A stretch of 64,000 nucleotides of DNA, from positions 83,793 through 147,792 of the forward strand of contig JBAZJG010000003.1 of the NCBI GenBank assembly GCA_041651455.1. The letters run 5' to 3'. Origin of the DNA: Candidatus Omnitrophota bacterium. Its GTDB lineage: Bacteria; Omnitrophota; Gorgyraeia; Pluralincolimonadales; Pluralincolimonadaceae. The position numbers were made by a program, and so were the translations under genes. The stretch's first letter is position 1; each line of letters begins with the position of its first letter. A model generated the notes under the pieces. It did no database searches and was not told where the DNA came from. It saw only the letters and a program-made list of their open reading frames with translations. Shown one piece after another: positions 43,464 through 56,009 of the stretch.

Positions 43464-45008
43464 ATGTTGCAGCAAGAAGTTGTGCTTGTCCTGGACTTCG
43501 GCTCGCAGTATAACCAGCTGATAGCTCGCCGTGTTAGGGAGAACAGGGTGTTCTCAAAGATCGTCCCTCACAATATCACGGCGGCTGAGATACGCAGGCT
43601 GGCGCCTAAAGGCATCATACTTTCGGGCGGGCCGGCCTCGATCTACGGAAGCAAATCGCCAAAACCAAAGAAAGAGATCTTCGAGCTCGGTATACCTGTG
43701 CTCGGAATATGTTACGGCATGCAGGCTATGTCGTATATGCTCGGCGGCAAGGTGACCAGGGCTAATAAGCGCGAATACGGCCACGCCGAACTGCTTATAG
43801 ACGATTCCTCGGGCCTCTTTTCCGATGTTGAAGATAAGTCCATCTGCTGGATGAGCCACGGCGATTACGTATCGCAGCTGCCTCCCGGTTTCAAAAAGAT
43901 AGCGCACACATCAAATACAGAATTCGCCTCCATCGCCGATACCGAGCGCGGGCTATACGGGGTCCAATTCCATCCGGAGGTCGCCCACACGCCTAAAGGC
44001 GGCAAGATGATATCAAATTTTCTTTTCAAGATATGCCGTTGTGAAGGCAAATGGACCGCGCAATCATTCATCGAGGACACGGTCCGCGCCATAAGGGACA
44101 CTGTAGGAAAAGAAAGGGTCGTATGCGGCCTCTCGGGCGGGGTGGACTCATCCGTGGCAGCCGTATTGCTCCACAAGGCAATAGGCAAACAGCTCATATG
44201 CATATTCATAAATAACGGCGTGCTGAGGAAAGGCGAGGCGGAACGCGTAATCAAGACGTTCAAGAAGCATTTCCACATGAACCTCAGGTACGTAAACGCC
44301 GAAGCAAGGTTCCTCAGGAAGCTCAAAGGTGTCGCCGACCCGGAGAAGAAGCGAAAGATAATAGGGCATGAGTTCATACGCGTCTTCGAAGAGGAAGCAA
44401 AAAAACTCGGAAAGATAGCGTTCCTTGCGCAAGGGACGCTTTATCCGGATGTAATAGAATCGAAGTCCGCGTTCGGCGGGCCGTCCGCGACCATAAAATC
44501 GCACCATAATGTGGGCGGATTACCGCTGAAGATGAAGCTCAAGTTGGTCGAACCGCTGCGCGAGCTTTTCAAAGATGAAGTCAGGATAGTGGGCAAGGCG
44601 ATGGGTCTCTCTGACGAGATAACCCTGCGCCAGCCGTTCCCCGGGCCGGGGCTCGCGATAAGGGTCATCGGCGACATAACCAAGGAACGTCTCGACATAT
44701 TAAGGGAGTCGGACGTTGCGGTTATAGAAGAGATCAAGAAGGCCGGATTTTACAGGGAGGTCTGGCAATCGTTCGCGGTGCTGCTGCCGATAAAGACCGT
44801 CGGCGTCATGGGCGACGAAAGGACATATGAGAACGTCATAGCGCTGCGCGCAGTCACGAGCGCGGACGGCATGACGGCCGACTGGGCGAAGCTTCCATAC
44901 GACCTTTTGGGCAAGATCTCTAACAGGATAATCAACGAGGTTAGGGGCGTCAACAGGGTAGTATACGACATAAGCTCCAAACCTCCTTCCACCATAGAGT
45001 GGGAATAG
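43464..45008 (+). CDS. guaA: GMP synthase (glutamine-hydrolysing).
   Basis: Class-I GATase (…GICYGMQ… Cys, His…Glu), the ATP-PPase P-loop SGGVDSSV, and C-terminal dimerisation domain. 514 aa. Confidence 0.95.
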   Translation: MLQQEVVLVLDFGSQYNQLIARRVRENRVFSKIVPHNITAAEIRRLAPKGIILSGGPASIYGSKSPKPKKEIFELGIPVLGICYGMQAMSYMLGGKVTRANKREYGHAELLIDDSSGLFSDVEDKSICWMSHGDYVSQLPPGFKKIAHTSNTEFASIADTERGLYGVQFHPEVAHTPKGGKMISNFLFKICRCEGKWTAQSFIEDTVRAIRDTVGKERVVCGLSGGVDSSVAAVLLHKAIGKQLICIFINNGVLRKGEAERVIKTFKKHFHMNLRYVNAEARFLRKLKGVADPEKKRKIIGHEFIRVFEEEAKKLGKIAFLAQGTLYPDVIESKSAFGGPSATIKSHHNVGGLPLKMKLKLVEPLRELFKDEVRIVGKAMGLSDEITLRQPFPGPGLAIRVIGDITKERLDILRESDVAVIEEIKKAGFYREVWQSFAVLLPIKTVGVMGDERTYENVIALRAVTSADGMTADWAKLPYDLLGKISNRIINEVRGVNRVVYDISSKPPSTIEWE

Positions 45009-45044
45009 ATCTAGTTACGGGTTTCAGGTTGGGGGATATTAATT

Positions 45045-48000
45045 ATGCAGCATTCGCATTTTGTCCACCTGCATGTCCATACGCAATTCAGCCTTCTTGA
45101 CGGTGCCTGCAAGATACCGGAAGTCATAGCGCTCGCGAAAGAATACAGGATGCCTGCGGTAGCACTTACCGACCACGGCAACATGTTCGGCGCGATAGAA
45201 TTCTATATCGAGGCGATGAAGAACGGCATAAAGCCGATCATCGGATGCGAGATATACGTCGCCCCGGGCTCCCGGCTGGACAAGTCCGCCTCCGTAAACG
45301 AGGAATCAGCATACCACCTTATCCTGCTGTCGAAGGACGAGGAGGGTTACAGGAACCTGATGAAGCTCGTCTCCGCCGGATACCTTGAAGGATTCTATTA
45401 CAAGCCGCGCGTTGACAAGGAACTCCTGGCCAGGTATTCAAAAGGACTGATCGCGCAGTCGGCGTGCCTGCAGGGAGAGATACCATACCTTATCGTTAAA
45501 GGAAAATACGAAGAGGCAAAGGTCGTCGCGGGCCAATATAAGGACATATTCGGGCCGGGCAATTTCTATCTCGAGCTCCAGAAAAACCTCATACCGGAGC
45601 AGGAAACGGCGAACGCCGGACTGCTGAAGATCTCAAAGGAGCTCGACATACCGCTTGTTGCCACCGGCGACGTGCATTACCTGCGCAAGAGGTCCTCGCG
45701 CGCCCACGAAGGCCTGCTCTGCATACAGACCCAGACGACACTGAGCGACCCGGACCATATGAGGTTCTCTACCGATGAGTTCTATTTCAAGTCGTCGGAG
45801 GAGTTCAAGGAGCTCTTTTCGGACGTCCCGCAGGCGATATCCAATACAATAGAGATCGCTGAGAAATGCAACCTGGAGCTTGATTTCAACAAGACGCACC
45901 TGCCGCAGTTCACCCCGCCAGAAGGCAAATCCCGCGAGGAGTACCTTAAGGACCTTGTAGAAGAAGGGATGAAGAAACGTTACGCGCAGGTCGACAAAAT
46001 CATACGCGACAGGGTGGACCACGAGCTGAATATCATCAGGAAGACCGGGTTCACGAGCTATTTCCTTATCGCGTGGGATTTCATCAATTACGCCAAGTCC
46101 AAAGGAATACCCGTCGGCCCCGGAAGGGGATCCGCCGCAGGCAGCGTAGTCAGCTACTCGCTCGGCATTACCGACCTCGATCCGATAAAGTATGACCTGA
46201 TATTCGAGCGGTTCCTTAATCCCGACCGCGTAAGCCTTCCCGATATCGACATAGATTTCTGTTACGAGAGAAGGGGCGAGGTCATAGATTATGTGACCCA
46301 GAAATATTCCAAGGAGAACGTCGCCCAGGTCATTACGTTCGGCACCATGAAAGCGCGCGCGGTCATTAGGGACGTCGGTCGCGTCATGGGCATAAGCTAC
46401 GGCGATGTCGACCGCATCGCGAAGCTCGTGCCCGAAGAGCTCGGCATCACCCTCGAAAAAGCGCTGAAGGTGGAGCCGGAGCTCCGCAACATGTACAAGA
46501 GCGACCCCCAGATGAGGCAGCTCATTGACATCTCTACCGAACTCGAGGGCCTTAACCGCCACGCATCGACCCATGCGGCCGGCGTCGTAATATCCGACCT
46601 TCCGCTCACCGACTATGTCCCTCTGTTCAAAACGAGCGAGGGCCAGCTTTCAACCGGCTACGAAATGAAGTCGCTCGAGAAGATCGGCCTGCTGAAGATG
46701 GACTTTCTCGGCCTCAGAACCCTCACAGTCATCGATGAGACCGTCAAGATCATAAAAAGGACGAAGGGCCTTGCGCTGGACATAAACAATATACCGCTCG
46801 ATGACAAGAAAACCTACGACCTGCTGTCCAACTCGGAATCCCTCGGTATATTCCAGCTTGAAAGTTCGGGCATGCGCGACATACTCCGCAAACTTAAGCC
46901 GACGACGTTCGAGGATATCATAGCCATATTGGCACTTTACCGCCCGGGCCCGATAGGCAGCGGCATGGTCGAGGACTTCATCAAGAGGAAGCACGGCGAG
47001 ATACCCATCAAGTACGACCACAGGATGCTCGAGCCGATACTGAAGGAAACCTACGGGACCATAATCTACCAGGAGCAGGTCATGCGCATCGCCTCGTCGC
47101 TTGCGGGGTTCTCGATGTCACAGGCCGATTCGCTCAGGCGCGCTATGGGAAAGAAGATCCCGGAGGAGATGGAGCAGGCGCGCTCGAACTTCCTGAACGG
47201 CGCTTCCAAGAACGGGATAGACAAGCGCACGGCCGAGAAGATATTCAATCTCATAGAATATTTCGCCGGATACGGTTTCAACAAATCACACTCGACCGCA
47301 TACGCGCTCATATCATACAGGACGGCTTACCTGAAAGCGAATTATCCCGTAGAGTTCATGAGCGCACTGATGACGTCTGAGCGCGATAATATAGATAAAG
47401 TCGCGTTCTATATAGAAGAATCCCAGAGGATGTCGATCCAGATACTGCCGCCGAGCATAAACGAAAGCTTCTCGAAGTTCACGGTAGTTGGCAATTCGAT
47501 CAGGTTCGGGCTCAGCGCGGTCAAGAACGTCGGCCAGGGCGCGATAGATTCGATCGTCAACGCGAGGGGCGCGTCCGGCAAGTTCAAGAATCTTTATGAC
47601 TTCTGCGAACGCGTAGACCTCAGGCTCGCGAACAGGAAGGTGCTGGAAAGCCTGATAAAGTGCGGCGCATTCGACGAATTCGCCCTGCACAGGTCGCAGC
47701 TTACGGTCATGCTGGACGACTGCCTTGAGTGCGGCGCGAACTCGCACAGGGAGCGCGCAAGCGGTCAATCGACGTTCTTCGAGGAGTTCGGCACGCATTC
47801 TAAGGCTCATGCTTCGCACAGGCACGAGACCCCCAAGATACCGGAATGGCCAGAAAGCCAGCTGCTCGCCTATGAAAAGGAGATGCTCGGTTTCTATGTG
47901 ACCGGCCATCCGCTGGCGAGATACGAGAAGCTTATTCGCTCTTATTCCACATGTTCGGTCAAGGACCTCGCCAAGAGAAGGTCGGATGAAGAGATCAATC

Positions 48001-48488
48001 TCGGCGGCATCATCTCGAAGCTGAAATTCACGATCACGAAAGCCAAAAGCGAGAAGATGGCGATCATGAGCATAGAGGATCTTACAGGCGAGGTGGAAGT
48101 CCTTGTATTCCCGAAGGCGTTCGCGAATACCGAGAGATACATAAAGAAAGACGCCATCGTATGCGTTAAGGGCAAGATCAACCTCAGGGAGGACAGGCCT
48201 AAGATAATGGCCAACGACATAATCCCCCTCGACGAGATACAGAAGAAATATACCCAGGCGATAATCATCAGCCTCGACGCGGGCATAGGGGAGGATTCCA
48301 TGAACAGGCTCAAGTCGGTCCTTGAATCCCATCCGGGGACTGCTCCGGTGTACCTGCATTTCAAGATGGCCGACGGGAAGAGGTTCGAGATATCAGTCGA
48401 AGACAAATTGAAGGTTGAACCCTCCGACAGCCTGACATCCGATATAGAGAAGCTTCTGGGCGACGGCGTGGTAACATTCAAGACTTGA
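45045..48488 (+). CDS. dnaE: DNA polymerase III alpha subunit.
   Basis: N-terminal PHP domain (HLHVHTQFSLLDGA), palm/fingers motifs, OB fold and C-terminal domain. 1147 aa. Confidence 0.95.
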   Translation: MQHSHFVHLHVHTQFSLLDGACKIPEVIALAKEYRMPAVALTDHGNMFGAIEFYIEAMKNGIKPIIGCEIYVAPGSRLDKSASVNEESAYHLILLSKDEEGYRNLMKLVSAGYLEGFYYKPRVDKELLARYSKGLIAQSACLQGEIPYLIVKGKYEEAKVVAGQYKDIFGPGNFYLELQKNLIPEQETANAGLLKISKELDIPLVATGDVHYLRKRSSRAHEGLLCIQTQTTLSDPDHMRFSTDEFYFKSSEEFKELFSDVPQAISNTIEIAEKCNLELDFNKTHLPQFTPPEGKSREEYLKDLVEEGMKKRYAQVDKIIRDRVDHELNIIRKTGFTSYFLIAWDFINYAKSKGIPVGPGRGSAAGSVVSYSLGITDLDPIKYDLIFERFLNPDRVSLPDIDIDFCYERRGEVIDYVTQKYSKENVAQVITFGTMKARAVIRDVGRVMGISYGDVDRIAKLVPEELGITLEKALKVEPELRNMYKSDPQMRQLIDISTELEGLNRHASTHAAGVVISDLPLTDYVPLFKTSEGQLSTGYEMKSLEKIGLLKMDFLGLRTLTVIDETVKIIKRTKGLALDINNIPLDDKKTYDLLSNSESLGIFQLESSGMRDILRKLKPTTFEDIIAILALYRPGPIGSGMVEDFIKRKHGEIPIKYDHRMLEPILKETYGTIIYQEQVMRIASSLAGFSMSQADSLRRAMGKKIPEEMEQARSNFLNGASKNGIDKRTAEKIFNLIEYFAGYGFNKSHSTAYALISYRTAYLKANYPVEFMSALMTSERDNIDKVAFYIEESQRMSIQILPPSINESFSKFTVVGNSIRFGLSAVKNVGQGAIDSIVNARGASGKFKNLYDFCERVDLRLANRKVLESLIKCGAFDEFALHRSQLTVMLDDCLECGANSHRERASGQSTFFEEFGTHSKAHASHRHETPKIPEWPESQLLAYEKEMLGFYVTGHPLARYEKLIRSYSTCSVKDLAKRRSDEEINLGGIISKLKFTITKAKSEKMAIMSIEDLTGEVEVLVFPKAFANTERYIKKDAIVCVKGKINLREDRPKIMANDIIPLDEIQKKYTQAIIISLDAGIGEDSMNRLKSVLESHPGTAPVYLHFKMADGKRFEISVEDKLKVEPSDSLTSDIEKLLGDGVVTFKT

Positions 48489-48514
48489 CAAAGTGCCGTA
48501 TTACTAACTATAAT
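48485..48514 (+). promoter_or_regulatory. Near-consensus sigma-70 promoter for the HU gene.
   Basis: TTGACA (overlapping the dnaE stop), an 18-nt spacer, then TATAAT. A second TATAAT lies at ~48543. AAGGAGG RBS before the ATG at 48564. Confidence 0.45.
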
Positions 48515-48563
48515 AGTAATAACAATTTACGGATACTAAGCTATAATTCCAAGGAGGCCGTAT

Positions 48564-48836
48564 ATGACAAAGAAAGAGATCGTCCTGCAGATAGCCAATG
48601 AGACCGGCTTGAAACAGGTGGACGTTAAGCTGATCGTGCAGCGCACGCTCGACATGATCGTCGAGGCGCTCGCGAACAACGAGACGGTGGAACTGAGGAA
48701 TTTCGGGATTTTTAAGGTCAAATCGAGGCGAGGCCGCACCGGAAGGAACCCGCGTACCGGCGTCACCGTCCCCGTCCCGCCGAAGAAGGTGGCGGTATTC
48801 AAGCCGGGGCTTATCATGAAACAGAAAGTAAGATAG
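48564..48836 (+). CDS. hup: HU/IHF-family nucleoid-associated DNA-binding protein.
   Basis: 90 aa. MTKKEIV…, DNA-binding arm RNFGIFKVKSRRGRTGRNPRTG. Confidence 0.8.
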   Translation: MTKKEIVLQIANETGLKQVDVKLIVQRTLDMIVEALANNETVELRNFGIFKVKSRRGRTGRNPRTGVTVPVPPKKVAVFKPGLIMKQKVR

Positions 48837-48864
48837 CCGGCCTCAACCCGCCGAATATCCCATT

Positions 48865-50133
48865 ATGAGAGAACAAGTTAAGGCATTGCGGGGGACGAAA
48901 GACCTCCTGCTTACGGAAGCAAAATTATGGACGACCCTTGAGGCAAAAGCCAGGGCCGTCTTAAATGCTTTTTGCTATAGGGAAATACGCACGCCCGTTA
49001 TCGAGGAATCCTCGCTTTTCGTGCGGTCGCTTGGCGCGGGAACGGATATAGTCGAAAAACAGATGTTCACGTTTATAGACCGCGGTGAAAGGTCCATCAC
49101 CCTTCGCCCGGAAGCGACCGCCTCGGTCGTCAGGGCTTACCTCGAGAACAACCTCGTCAACGAATACGGGTTCATAAAATTATTTTATATGGGCCCGATG
49201 TTCCGGGCGGAAAGGCCTCAGGCCGGCAGGATGAGGCAGTTCCACCAGATAGGGGTCGAAGCGCTCGGTTCCTACAGCCCGCAGCTGGATGCCGAGGTTA
49301 TTGCGCTGATGTCCGCGCTGCTGGAATCGCTCGGGGTGCACGGATCCACAATCAAGATAAACTCCCTCGGGTGCCCCAAGGACAAGATAGCCCTAGCCGA
49401 CGGGTTGCGTAATACGCTCTCCGGAGGCCAGGACAGGCTCTGCGAGGATTGCAAGGTCCGTTATGAAAAGAATATCCTGCGCATCCTCGACTGCAAGAAC
49501 GAATCATGCAGGAAATTGGTCAGAATGATATTCAAGGGGACGCCGGAGTGCCTCTGCCCCGACTGCAAATCGCATTTTGACAGCGTAAAGAGCTCGCTGG
49601 ACGGCCTTAAGGTCAACTACACAGTCGACCCTTACCTTGTGAGGGGCCTCGACTATTATACAAAGACCACCTTCGAGGTTACGCACAAGAAACTCGGCGC
49701 GCAGGATGCGATAGGCGCCGGAGGCAGGTATGACAACCTTGTCGAGGAGCTTGGAGGCCCCGCAAAGGGAGCCTGCGGTTTCGCTATCGGCATGGAAAGG
49801 ACGGTCATGGCTATGGACGATGCCCCCGGGACCCCGGACGGCATTTGCCTGTATTTCGCCACGATGGGTGAGGAGGAATACCGCGTCGCGTTCAATTTCG
49901 CGAACGAATTGAGGACAACGGGCGGTATCTCCTGCGAACTCGATTACGAAGGAAGGTCCCTTAAAGCCCAGATGCGCTCGGCCGACAGGCTCGGCGCCAA
50001 GTATGTGGCGATAATAGGCGAGGAAGAACTGAAGAACCGCACGCTTACATTACGTAACATGACGACGAAGGAGCAGAAGGTGCTGCCGGAGCGCGAATTC
50101 ATACCGGAAATAGAAAGGATCTTCGTAAAATAG
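48865..50133 (+). CDS. hisS: Histidine–tRNA ligase.
   Basis: Class II motifs (…FRAERPQAGRMRQFHQ…, …GGGRYD…) and C-terminal anticodon-binding domain. 422 aa. Confidence 0.9.
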   Translation: MREQVKALRGTKDLLLTEAKLWTTLEAKARAVLNAFCYREIRTPVIEESSLFVRSLGAGTDIVEKQMFTFIDRGERSITLRPEATASVVRAYLENNLVNEYGFIKLFYMGPMFRAERPQAGRMRQFHQIGVEALGSYSPQLDAEVIALMSALLESLGVHGSTIKINSLGCPKDKIALADGLRNTLSGGQDRLCEDCKVRYEKNILRILDCKNESCRKLVRMIFKGTPECLCPDCKSHFDSVKSSLDGLKVNYTVDPYLVRGLDYYTKTTFEVTHKKLGAQDAIGAGGRYDNLVEELGGPAKGACGFAIGMERTVMAMDDAPGTPDGICLYFATMGEEEYRVAFNFANELRTTGGISCELDYEGRSLKAQMRSADRLGAKYVAIIGEEELKNRTLTLRNMTTKEQKVLPEREFIPEIERIFVK

Positions 50134-51906
<1,773 letters not shown>

Positions 51907-51915
51907 GAGGGGAGC

Positions 51916-52464
51916 ATGAAGAAGTTTGCGGTGCTATTTGCATTGGCTGCAGCCTCGGCTGCAATGGTCATATCCCTGGCGGGATGCTCGGTAAACACCA
52001 AGATGGTAACAAGGGAAAGGGTCGACCAGGACCTCAGCAGTTCGTCCGGCAACCGCGGATACCTGATGGGAACAGCCCCCGCGGCAGGCGACAGGAAGAC
52101 CACGAGGGAATACATCGAAGTCCAGGTGGAAGTCCCGTCCATAGAGAAGGAGAACAGGGTACCGAAGAAATCCTCGGATACAACGGCTCCTGCCACGAAT
52201 TACGGGGCATCTTCCGCGACCGAAACGGTAATTGAAGATATAGATGTTGTTGCGGAAGAGGAGTTCGTAGACTACAAGGTCCAGAAGAACGACACGCTGC
52301 AGAAGATATCGATGAAGTACTTCGGGACCACGAAGAAATGGAAGAAGATATTCAACGCCAATACGGATATCCTGAAATCGCCGGATAAGCTCCGCCCCGG
52401 AATGACGATAAGGATACCCAAGGAAGGCGCTGCCGACATAACGATAAACGAATACATCAAATAA
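51916..52464 (+). CDS. LysM-domain lipoprotein.
   Basis: Lipobox LAGC signal, Ser/Thr-rich linker and C-terminal LysM (YKVQKNDTLQKISMKYFGTTKKWKKIFNAN…IRIP). Confidence 0.7.
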   Translation: MKKFAVLFALAAASAAMVISLAGCSVNTKMVTRERVDQDLSSSSGNRGYLMGTAPAAGDRKTTREYIEVQVEVPSIEKENRVPKKSSDTTAPATNYGASSATETVIEDIDVVAEEEFVDYKVQKNDTLQKISMKYFGTTKKWKKIFNANTDILKSPDKLRPGMTIRIPKEGAADITINEYIK

Positions 52465-52470
52465 CGGATC

Positions 52471-53421
52471 ATGGACAAGAACTTCAAGCTTTCAGGCGAC
52501 GATGAGGCGCGTATCCTGTTCGGCCGGCATGACGAGAACCTTAAGGCCATAGAACGGGAATTCGACGTGAAGGTCACCGCCCGCGGAGAGAACCTTACGA
52601 TAGGCGGCGACGCGAAAAATGTCGAAAAAGCGTCCAGGTTATTCGAGCAGCTTCTTGATATCATAAGAATGGGCCGCGCCGTCCACCAGCATGAGATCCT
52701 GTACGCCATAAAGGCGCTGCACGGCAGCCCAGACATCGACTTGCATTCTATCTATCTCGACAAGATAGACATAATGTCCAAGAAACTGTTCGTAACGCCT
52801 AAGACCGCCGGCCAGAAGGCGTACGTAGACGCGATAAGGCAGTTCGATATCGTATTCGGCATAGGCCCCGCGGGTACCGGAAAAACGTACCTTGCGATGG
52901 CTATGGCGATAAACGCACTTAAGCTCGGGCATGTCAGCCGGATCGTGCTGACGAGGCCTGCTGTTGAAGCTGGAGAGAGCCTCGGGTTCCTCCCGGGGGA
53001 CCTCGAGGAGAAAGTATCGCCGTATTTGAGGCCTTTGTATGACGCGCTCTATGAGATGATGGACCTCGACAAGGTCGAGAGGTTCCTCAGCAGGGGCGTC
53101 ATAGAAGTTGCGCCGCTTGCGTTCATGAGGGGAAGGACCCTGAACGATTCGTTCATAATCCTCGACGAGGCCCAGAACGCCACCGCTGAACAGATGAAGA
53201 TGTTCCTTACGAGGCTCGGTTTCGATTCCAAGACCGTAATAACCGGGGACCTTACGCAGAGCGACCTTCCGGGAGGCAGGGCTGTCGGGCTCATACAGTC
53301 CCAGGAGGTCCTTAAGGACATAGAAGGCATCAAGTTCACTTATTTTACGGGTGACGACGTCGTCAGGCATGAGCTGGTCCAGGAGATAATAAGAGCGTAC
53401 GAAAGGTATAACGGAAAATAA
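52471..53421 (+). CDS. phoH: PhoH-like ATPase (PhoH/YbeZ).
   Basis: Walker A GPAGTGKTYLAMA, Walker B …FIILDEAQN…, and N-terminal KH-like region. 316 aa. Confidence 0.9.
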   Translation: MDKNFKLSGDDEARILFGRHDENLKAIEREFDVKVTARGENLTIGGDAKNVEKASRLFEQLLDIIRMGRAVHQHEILYAIKALHGSPDIDLHSIYLDKIDIMSKKLFVTPKTAGQKAYVDAIRQFDIVFGIGPAGTGKTYLAMAMAINALKLGHVSRIVLTRPAVEAGESLGFLPGDLEEKVSPYLRPLYDALYEMMDLDKVERFLSRGVIEVAPLAFMRGRTLNDSFIILDEAQNATAEQMKMFLTRLGFDSKTVITGDLTQSDLPGGRAVGLIQSQEVLKDIEGIKFTYFTGDDVVRHELVQEIIRAYERYNGK

Positions 53422-53422
53422 A

Positions 53423-55609
53423 ATGTTATACAAAGAGATGTTCAAAAAACCGAAATACATTCCGGTGGACATATCCTTAAGGTCTATTATTGCCGCCGCC
53501 GCGTGTATCGCCCTTATATCGGTCATATATATAGGCAAGACGCCTTACGGCGGGCAGCCGCAGGCGGGAAAGGTCGCCGACAGGGATATCTACGCCCCGA
53601 TGGACTTCTCCTTCAACGCCGGAGTGGACGAGGAAAAAACGGCCGAAATGAAGAACAAAGCGGCCATGTCCGTCAAGGACGTCTACGATATAGACCCGTC
53701 GGTCAACGAGAATGCCGCGCAGGACATAAAGACCCTTTTCTCCGCGGCTAACGAATTGAAGCCTGCGGAGAATATAAGCGCCGACGAAAAACTCTCCCGC
53801 GCAAGGTCCGCCAATAAGTTCGGACTTTCGGACGGCGACCTCAGGGTCCTGCTGCAATCCCAGGATACCGCCAAGTCAGAGCCGATGTTACTGAAGCAGG
53901 CCGACGGCATCCTGTCGCAGGCGATAATATCCCCCGAAGAAAAGGAAAGCCTGAAAAAGCAAGGCAAGAGTTCAGTAAGGATAAGGGACCTCTCAGGTAA
54001 GACGGAAGCGGACGCCGAGGTAAAATCGCTGAAAACGCCCCAGGATATAACGGTACCGCAGTTCAATGATCCCGAGATAACCGATAACAAGCTGAGGGCT
54101 GTCCTCAGGACAATCGCCGCCGGTATGGTCTCGCCGAACCTCAAGCCGAACCTGGTTGAGACATCGACTAGAAGGGAAAAGGCAATATCCTCGATCCCGC
54201 CCCAGGAGAAGATGATAGACGTGCTACAGGGCGAGATCATAGTAAAGAGGGGCGAGAAGGTCACGCCTTTCCATATAGCGAAGTTCGAGACGATAAGGGC
54301 CTTATCGGTATCCGAGAAGAAATTCGCGCTCTCGATACTCGGCATATGCCTTGTGGTCATCGTGCTCGTAATGATGCCGGGGATGTACTTCAAGTACTAT
54401 GAACCCGCTATATGGTCCAATAACAGGCATCTCGCGCTTATCGCGCTGATAGTCGTCGTTATAACTGCCATAGGTAAGGCGATATCGCTCTCCGAGGCGC
54501 CGCCATACTTGGTCCCGGTCTCGATAGCCCCGATCCTCGTAGGCCTGCTGCTCGGGGTCAGGCCCGCCATACTTGTCGCGCTCGTTACGTGCTTCCTTGC
54601 CGGCCTCGTGGTCGGAGAACGCTTTGATTCGTCGCTGATATTCCTTTCCGGAAGCGTTATCGGCATATATATGGTAAGGTCCGTCCGTAACAGGTCCGAG
54701 CTCTTCAAGGCGGGTGTTGTTGTCGGTGTCGTGAACGCCTTCTGCGCAATAGGCCTCGGCATATTGAACAACCTCGAAAGCGACGTGATATTCAAGGATG
54801 CCGCGATGTACCTTATGAACGGCCTTGCAGTAGGCATAATAATAGTCGGAACGCTTCACCTGTTCGAGTCGATGTTCCATATCACTACGAACATATCCCT
54901 GCTTGAGCTCGCTGATCCGAACAAACCCTTGCTGAAAGAACTGATATTGAAGGCGCCGGGGACATACCACCACAGCCTTATCGTCGGAAACCTTGCCGAG
55001 TCCGCCTGTGACGCTATAGGCGCGAACGGCCTGCTCGCAAGGGTCGGCTCGTATTACCATGACATAGGAAAGGTGGAAAAGTCCGAGTACTTTGCCGAGA
55101 ACCAGATGGTCTCGGAGAGCCAGCACGATAAGCTCGCGCCGACGATGTCGAGCCTTATAATCATAAACCACGTGAAGGACGGCCTCGAGAAGGCAAAGAA
55201 GGCGGGGTTGAACAGCTCTCTGATGGACTTCATCGAACAGCATCATGGGACCGGGCTCATATATTATTTCTACCAGCGGGCGCTCGAATCGGTCGAGGAC
55301 CTCGCCAAGCTGGAAGAGGAAGGGTTCAGGTATCCAGGCCCGAAACCGCAGACAAAGGAGACCGCTATAGTGCATCTCGCGGATTCGGTCGAAGCCGCGT
55401 CGCGCACATTGCAGAACCCGACGCCTTCCAACCTCGAGGAACTCGTCAGGAGGATAATAAACAACAAATTTATCGACGGGCAACTCGACGAATGCGACCT
55501 GACACTCAAGGACCTTAATATCATCGCGGCGACATTCACCAAGGTCCTGACCGGCGTCTACCACACAAGAGTCCAGTATCCGAATGGCAAGGACAAGAAC
55601 GACGCGTAA
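53423..55609 (+). CDS. pgpH: 7TM-receptor HD-domain protein (PgpH/YqfF-like, candidate cyclic-di-AMP phosphodiesterase).
   Basis: Extracellular N-terminal domain, 7 TM helices, and cytoplasmic HD domain (HHSLIVGNL…YYHDIGK…). 728 aa. Confidence 0.75.
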   Translation: MLYKEMFKKPKYIPVDISLRSIIAAAACIALISVIYIGKTPYGGQPQAGKVADRDIYAPMDFSFNAGVDEEKTAEMKNKAAMSVKDVYDIDPSVNENAAQDIKTLFSAANELKPAENISADEKLSRARSANKFGLSDGDLRVLLQSQDTAKSEPMLLKQADGILSQAIISPEEKESLKKQGKSSVRIRDLSGKTEADAEVKSLKTPQDITVPQFNDPEITDNKLRAVLRTIAAGMVSPNLKPNLVETSTRREKAISSIPPQEKMIDVLQGEIIVKRGEKVTPFHIAKFETIRALSVSEKKFALSILGICLVVIVLVMMPGMYFKYYEPAIWSNNRHLALIALIVVVITAIGKAISLSEAPPYLVPVSIAPILVGLLLGVRPAILVALVTCFLAGLVVGERFDSSLIFLSGSVIGIYMVRSVRNRSELFKAGVVVGVVNAFCAIGLGILNNLESDVIFKDAAMYLMNGLAVGIIIVGTLHLFESMFHITTNISLLELADPNKPLLKELILKAPGTYHHSLIVGNLAESACDAIGANGLLARVGSYYHDIGKVEKSEYFAENQMVSESQHDKLAPTMSSLIIINHVKDGLEKAKKAGLNSSLMDFIEQHHGTGLIYYFYQRALESVEDLAKLEEEGFRYPGPKPQTKETAIVHLADSVEAASRTLQNPTPSNLEELVRRIINNKFIDGQLDECDLTLKDLNIIAATFTKVLTGVYHTRVQYPNGKDKNDA

Positions 55610-56009
55610 AGCATATGCTCGCGCAGCCGCGGTCCTCACCGAGGATACGGCCATCCCGTTCCCGAAAGACACGGCCGCATCATTCGCATCAAAAGCCCTT
55701 TCGGCTCTCGGATGGAAAGGCGGCGGCATAAATATATTGTTCACGGACGATAACGGCATAAGGCGGCTCAACTCCAGGTTTAAGGGCAGGAAGAGCGCGA
55801 CGGACGTACTCGCGTTCGACACCGGCGACATCGCGATATCCGTCGACACGGCAAAAAGGAACGCGCGCCGTTTCGGGAATACGCTTTCGGGCGAATTGAA
55901 GTTGTGCATGGTCCACGGCATACTGCACCTCTGCGGCTATGACGATACGTCGGCGCCGGAAAGAAAAGTTATGAGGGCCATGGAAAAAAGGATGCTGGAC
56001 ACACTATGA
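55584..56009 (+). CDS. ybeY: Endoribonuclease YbeY (rRNA maturation factor).
   Basis: Zinc motif HGILHLCGYDD. 141 aa. Overlaps the upstream gene by 26 nt. Confidence 0.85.
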   Translation: MARTRTTRKAYARAAAVLTEDTAIPFPKDTAASFASKALSALGWKGGGINILFTDDNGIRRLNSRFKGRKSATDVLAFDTGDIAISVDTAKRNARRFGNTLSGELKLCMVHGILHLCGYDDTSAPERKVMRAMEKRMLDTL

